DNA of 64,000 nt. It comes from a virus. Taxonomy: Duplodnaviria > Heunggongvirae > Uroviricota > Caudoviricetes. Position numbers and translations under genes: made by a program. Shown here in pieces: positions 61,065 through 64,000 of this stretch (positions are counted from its first letter, which is position 1; the number at the start of each line of letters is the position of its first letter). The stretch lies in the IMG/VR virus record IMGVR_UViG_3300038345_000251, positions 183,248 to 247,247 of that record; one strand, given 5' to 3'. Under the pieces are notes generated by a model that saw only the letters and a program-made list of their open reading frames with translations, had not been told where the DNA came from and did no database searches.

Positions 61065-61095
61065 CAAAGATAGTAAATTTTTTTGAATCTACAAA
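61065..61095 (-). promoter_or_regulatory. Bacteroidota sigma-A-type promoter
   Basis: TTTG (61092-61095)-N19-TATCTTTG (61065-61072). Confidence 0.7.
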
Positions 61096-61142
61096 ATTTT
61101 TTTATATTTTTTTTTTGGAAATTATATACCTGTTGTCCAAAG

Positions 61143-61331
61143 TTATTCTATTTCAATTAGGTCATCAGTGAGTTTAATATCTAAAAAATTAGATTGTAAC
61201 TTACTGAAAATGCCTTTTTTAAGAATACCAAGCATAATATTAAAGTCATCACCAACAGTGATACACATACCTGTTCCTTCCCATTCTGGCTTGATATAAT
61301 ATTTACCATATTGTATATCAGTGATTCTCAT
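61143..61331 (-). CDS. Hypothetical small protein
   Basis: 62-aa ORF. Confidence 0.4.
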   Translation of the reverse strand: MRITDIQYGKYYIKPEWEGTGMCITVGDDFNIMLGILKKGIFSKLQSNFLDIKLTDDLIEIE

Positions 61332-61423
61332 ACAGTTACATATTATTTGTAGACAATTGATATATAGTTCTTTTTTTTTCGTTTTTACGAATCAGAATAA
61401 TATCAAATTTAATGCCAAAATAT

Positions 61424-62563
61424 TTAGTTAGAATAATTATTGAAATAATTCTTTACTAATACAAATGGAGTACCTTTATCACCACTACCTGAAGTTAAAT
61501 CCATTAACGAACCAAGTAAATCAGTATATTTACGTGGAGTAGTACCCTGTGAAGCCATATTACCTACAAGACTTTTTTCTTTTTCTTTAATTTCTCCCTT
61601 AATAGCGTCTTCAAGTTCTTTACCATTTAGATTTTTATATTTATCATCAGCAAATGCTTTGATTTTGATTTCATTAGGTGAACCTTCCAAACCTTTGGTA
61701 TATGCAGGAGAAACAACAGGGTCTGCAAATTCCCAAATACTACTACCAGGTTTTCCATTAGAAGGACTATGGAAACAACCGTCACCAAACACACATACTT
61801 CTATTTTTTTACCTGTTTCTTTAAGTATTCTTTTCTGAATGTCTTCAACAAGGTTTTGTGCTTTAGCATCATGTGGAAATAACTTAAGTTTTTCTTCGGT
61901 TGCCTTATTAGAACCAAGTAAGCCATATTTAGATTTATTTGCACAAATATCTGCAAGTGTAAGATAATATTTGTTTAAACATAAAGTTGCATTCGTCCAT
62001 TTCCATTCGTTATAATCGTGTAATCCACAATATAAAAAACCAATATTACTATTAGTGTTTAACCAAGAATCACCATTGAAAAAATATGTGTCTTCTATAC
62101 TTCTATAAACAACAACGTTTTTCCCTTCATTTGAACAAATATCCATATAATAGTTTTCCATATCAACGCCAGTCCAAGGATTTTCACCACGTGGATTACC
62201 AACTTCATCAAAATCAGGCATTACAATAACAATACGTTTTTCTGCTGCTCTTGCAATTGCCTTTAATATCATTGAAAATCTATTTCTTGAATAAATTGGA
62301 TTAATGACAACAATTGTTTCAGGATTATTAAATTTTGTTTTAATTTCTTCGGATATTTCATCAAGCGTTACATAATTGCCTTGATTACGTGCTACAATTG
62401 ATTCTGTAATACCAAGTACATCTTTATCGTTCAGGTCATACTTATTAGTGTGTCCATTCCAAGTTGCTTGAAGTACTGATTTAACAACAATGTCTGCAAG
62501 GTCATCACCTTCACGAACAATGGGTGCTTTGATACCCATACTAATTACACCAATTTTTTCCAT
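61424..62563 (-). CDS. Coenzyme F420-0:L-glutamate ligase (CofE)-like protein
   Basis: GIKAPIVREGDDLADIVV, GITESIVAR.QGN, GDGCF, WEFADPVVSP, GTTPR.YTDL.GSL.DLTSGSGDKGTP; likely ATG 62563. Confidence 0.85.
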   Translation of the reverse strand: MEKIGVISMGIKAPIVREGDDLADIVVKSVLQATWNGHTNKYDLNDKDVLGITESIVARNQGNYVTLDEISEEIKTKFNNPETIVVINPIYSRNRFSMILKAIARAAEKRIVIVMPDFDEVGNPRGENPWTGVDMENYYMDICSNEGKNVVVYRSIEDTYFFNGDSWLNTNSNIGFLYCGLHDYNEWKWTNATLCLNKYYLTLADICANKSKYGLLGSNKATEEKLKLFPHDAKAQNLVEDIQKRILKETGKKIEVCVFGDGCFHSPSNGKPGSSIWEFADPVVSPAYTKGLEGSPNEIKIKAFADDKYKNLNGKELEDAIKGEIKEKEKSLVGNMASQGTTPRKYTDLLGSLMDLTSGSGDKGTPFVLVKNYFNNYSN

Positions 62564-62589
62564 ATTTTTATAATTTTTAATCACATATA

Positions 62590-62630
62590 CAAAAATACAA
62601 TTTTTCTTTGTCTTAAACAAACTATTTATA
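62590..62630. promoter_or_regulatory. Back-to-back promoters: TTTG-N20-TATTTTTG (-) overlapping ACTATTTATA (+)
   Basis: caaaaata 62590-62597, caaa 62618-62621, actatttata 62621-62630. Confidence 0.7.
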
Positions 62631-62650
62631 TAAAAATATACGTATATAAT

Positions 62651-64000
62651 ATGGCTATTAATAAAAAATTAAAAAAGTTTGATAATAATGGAACTTATCG
62701 TAACTTTTTAACAACAAGTGATTTTCAATGTCCTGATGTTTCAAGTATTGGTGAAAGTAACGTTCCTCAAAACTTAGATGTTGAATATAATCCATGTTCA
62801 ATGCTTTTTCTTAACGCAAAAGCACGTTTATTTCCAACTGCAACAAAGATTAATTTTGTAATTGATACTATTGTTGATGGAACTGTTGGTTGTTGGTATC
62901 ATGCTTCTACAGGAGGTACAGTAACAAAACTTAGTCAAACAGATTTAACATTTACTTCTGCATATACACAAAATAGAATTTCTAATTTAACGTTTAATAC
63001 TATTGGTGAATCTAATTTAAGTGATGAATACAATACCGTATATATATTATCTGCAAGAAGTGCTGATGGAAATTCGACAGCAACAGATGAGTGTGTTCAA
63101 AGAGGCCACATTCATTTGTTAGGCGAAGTATTGGAATCATCTGGTGGAAGTAAACCATATCAAATAAAAACAGCACCAGGAAATCCTTGGAAGATAACAA
63201 ATACAAACAGTTGGCTTACATTTGATACTTTAACAGGTGTTGGACCAACAGAAATTATAGTTACAGCAACTGAATGGACAAACACAAATAATCAAAGAGT
63301 TGGTTATGTAACAATTGAATATACCGATATGGCTTATTCAGTACAAGCAGGTATTGTTCAAGATAAACTTGAAAGATATTTTTATGTTGGTAACACACTT
63401 GCTGAAGCAACAACAACAGCTTGCACATATCCATCAATCATTGGTTCTGCTGATACTTCTGATAAGTATGTGTATTATAAAATGACAGGTTATACATTAA
63501 CAAACTTGACATTGAGTGCAAGTACAATGTTTAATTCTGTTTCATTTAATGGAACAACACAAATTAAGTTTAATTTAACAGAAAACCCAGATGCAGTTAA
63601 TAAAACAGGTACAATATGGATTAAATCGGGTTCAACTGTTATATCACAAATAATGGCTTCACAACAAGCAAAAAGAATACCTTATTTTTATGTTGGCAAT
63701 ACACTTGCTGAAGCAACAACAACAGCTTGCACATATCCATCAATTATTGGTTCTGCTGATACTTCTGATAAGTATGTGTATTATAATACTAATTTAACAA
63801 ATGAAGAAATAGCAACCCTTACTTTCGAAAAAAGTAATATTATTGATGATGTTAGTTTTGTTACAGCAACTACCCAAATTAAATTTAATTGTGTCGAAAA
63901 TGAAGAAGATGATTATTTTGTATTTCCTGATGTTGGTACAAACGTAAGAGAATCTGTATGGAAAGCATCAAGAACATTTTGGCATTATCCATATGAAACA
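62651..64000 (+). CDS. BACON-like repeat virion protein (3'-truncated; absent from ORF track)
   Basis: ATG 62651 (MAINKKLKKFDN...) appears open to the window end; contains GNPWKITNTNSWLTF...NNQRVGYVTI and later FNLTENPDAVNKTGTI repeats. Confidence 0.75.
   Translation, partial: MAINKKLKKFDNNGTYRNFLTTSDFQCPDVSSIGESNVPQNLDVEYNPCSMLFLNAKARLFPTATKINFVIDTIVDGTVGCWYHASTGGTVTKLSQTDLTFTSAYTQNRISNLTFNTIGESNLSDEYNTVYILSARSADGNSTATDECVQRGHIHLLGEVLESSGGSKPYQIKTAPGNPWKITNTNSWLTFDTLTGVGPTEIIVTATEWTNTNNQRVGYVTIEYTDMAYSVQAGIVQDKLERYFYVGNTLAEATTTACTYPSIIGSADTSDKYVYYKMTGYTLTNLTLSASTMFNSVSFNGTTQIKFNLTENPDAVNKTGTIWIKSGSTVISQIMASQQAKRIPYFYVGNTLAEATTTACTYPSIIGSADTSDKYVYYNTNLTNEEIATLTFEKSNIIDDVSFVTATTQIKFNCVENEEDDYFVFPDVGTNVRESVWKASRTFWHYPYET
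63377..63786 (+). repeat. 104-bp near-identical direct repeat (63377-63480 and 63683-63786)
   Basis: Offset 306 nt; 3 mismatches, all synonymous; encodes YFYVGNTLAEATTTACTYPSIIGSADTSDKYVYY. Confidence 0.9.

Noticed and set aside
63377-63786. Diversity-generating retroelement template/variable repeat pair
   Set aside because: The mismatches are C/T synonymous changes rather than the amino-acid-changing substitutions expected at a variable repeat. Both copies are in-frame in one CDS and there is no reverse transcriptase in the window.
1-64000. Stop-codon reassignment (TAG to Gln as in Lak and some crAss-like phages)
   Set aside because: Long ORFs are uninterrupted and coding density is high in the standard code. 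TAG appears as an ordinary stop (57141, 49627).
1-64000. CRISPR array, tRNA or rRNA genes
   Set aside because: No regularly spaced repeat-spacer units and no cloverleaf-like GC-rich intergenic segments were seen. Intergenic gaps are short and explained by promoters and terminators.

Overview
Very AT-rich, densely coding 64 kb segment of a large (jumbo-type) tailed dsDNA phage genome, read in the standard genetic code. The host is most likely a Bacteroidota bacterium, since the window has many TTTG-N19/20-TAnnTTTG promoters and BACON-repeat virion proteins. Bases 1-27 kb (+) are a virion/tail module with BACON-like Ig-repeat proteins up to 2084 aa. Bases 27-31.6 kb hold a lipoprotein, a papain-like protease and membrane proteins. 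Bases 31.7-50.1 kb (-) are a mostly early block with a large RNA/tRNA-repair cluster (two RNA ligases, HD-kinase, 2H phosphoesterase, CCA enzyme, RlaP-like nucleotidyltransferase), two DNA methyltransferases, a DUF262-HNH nuclease and a homing endonuclease. Bases 50-64 kb hold two more homing endonucleases, probable head-internal proteins, a holin-like gene, YqeY, a phosphoesterase, a polymerase-like ORF, a CofE-like ligase and a further BACON gene. The top finding is a 249-bp segment (44619-44867) bounded by a perfect 20-bp inverted repeat at the 3' end of the EcoRI-family methyltransferase. It carries a second, silent, in-frame C-terminus on the opposite strand, which makes it a candidate shufflon-like switch of R-M specificity in a phage. 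Family assignments come from motif recognition by eye; no database search was run.
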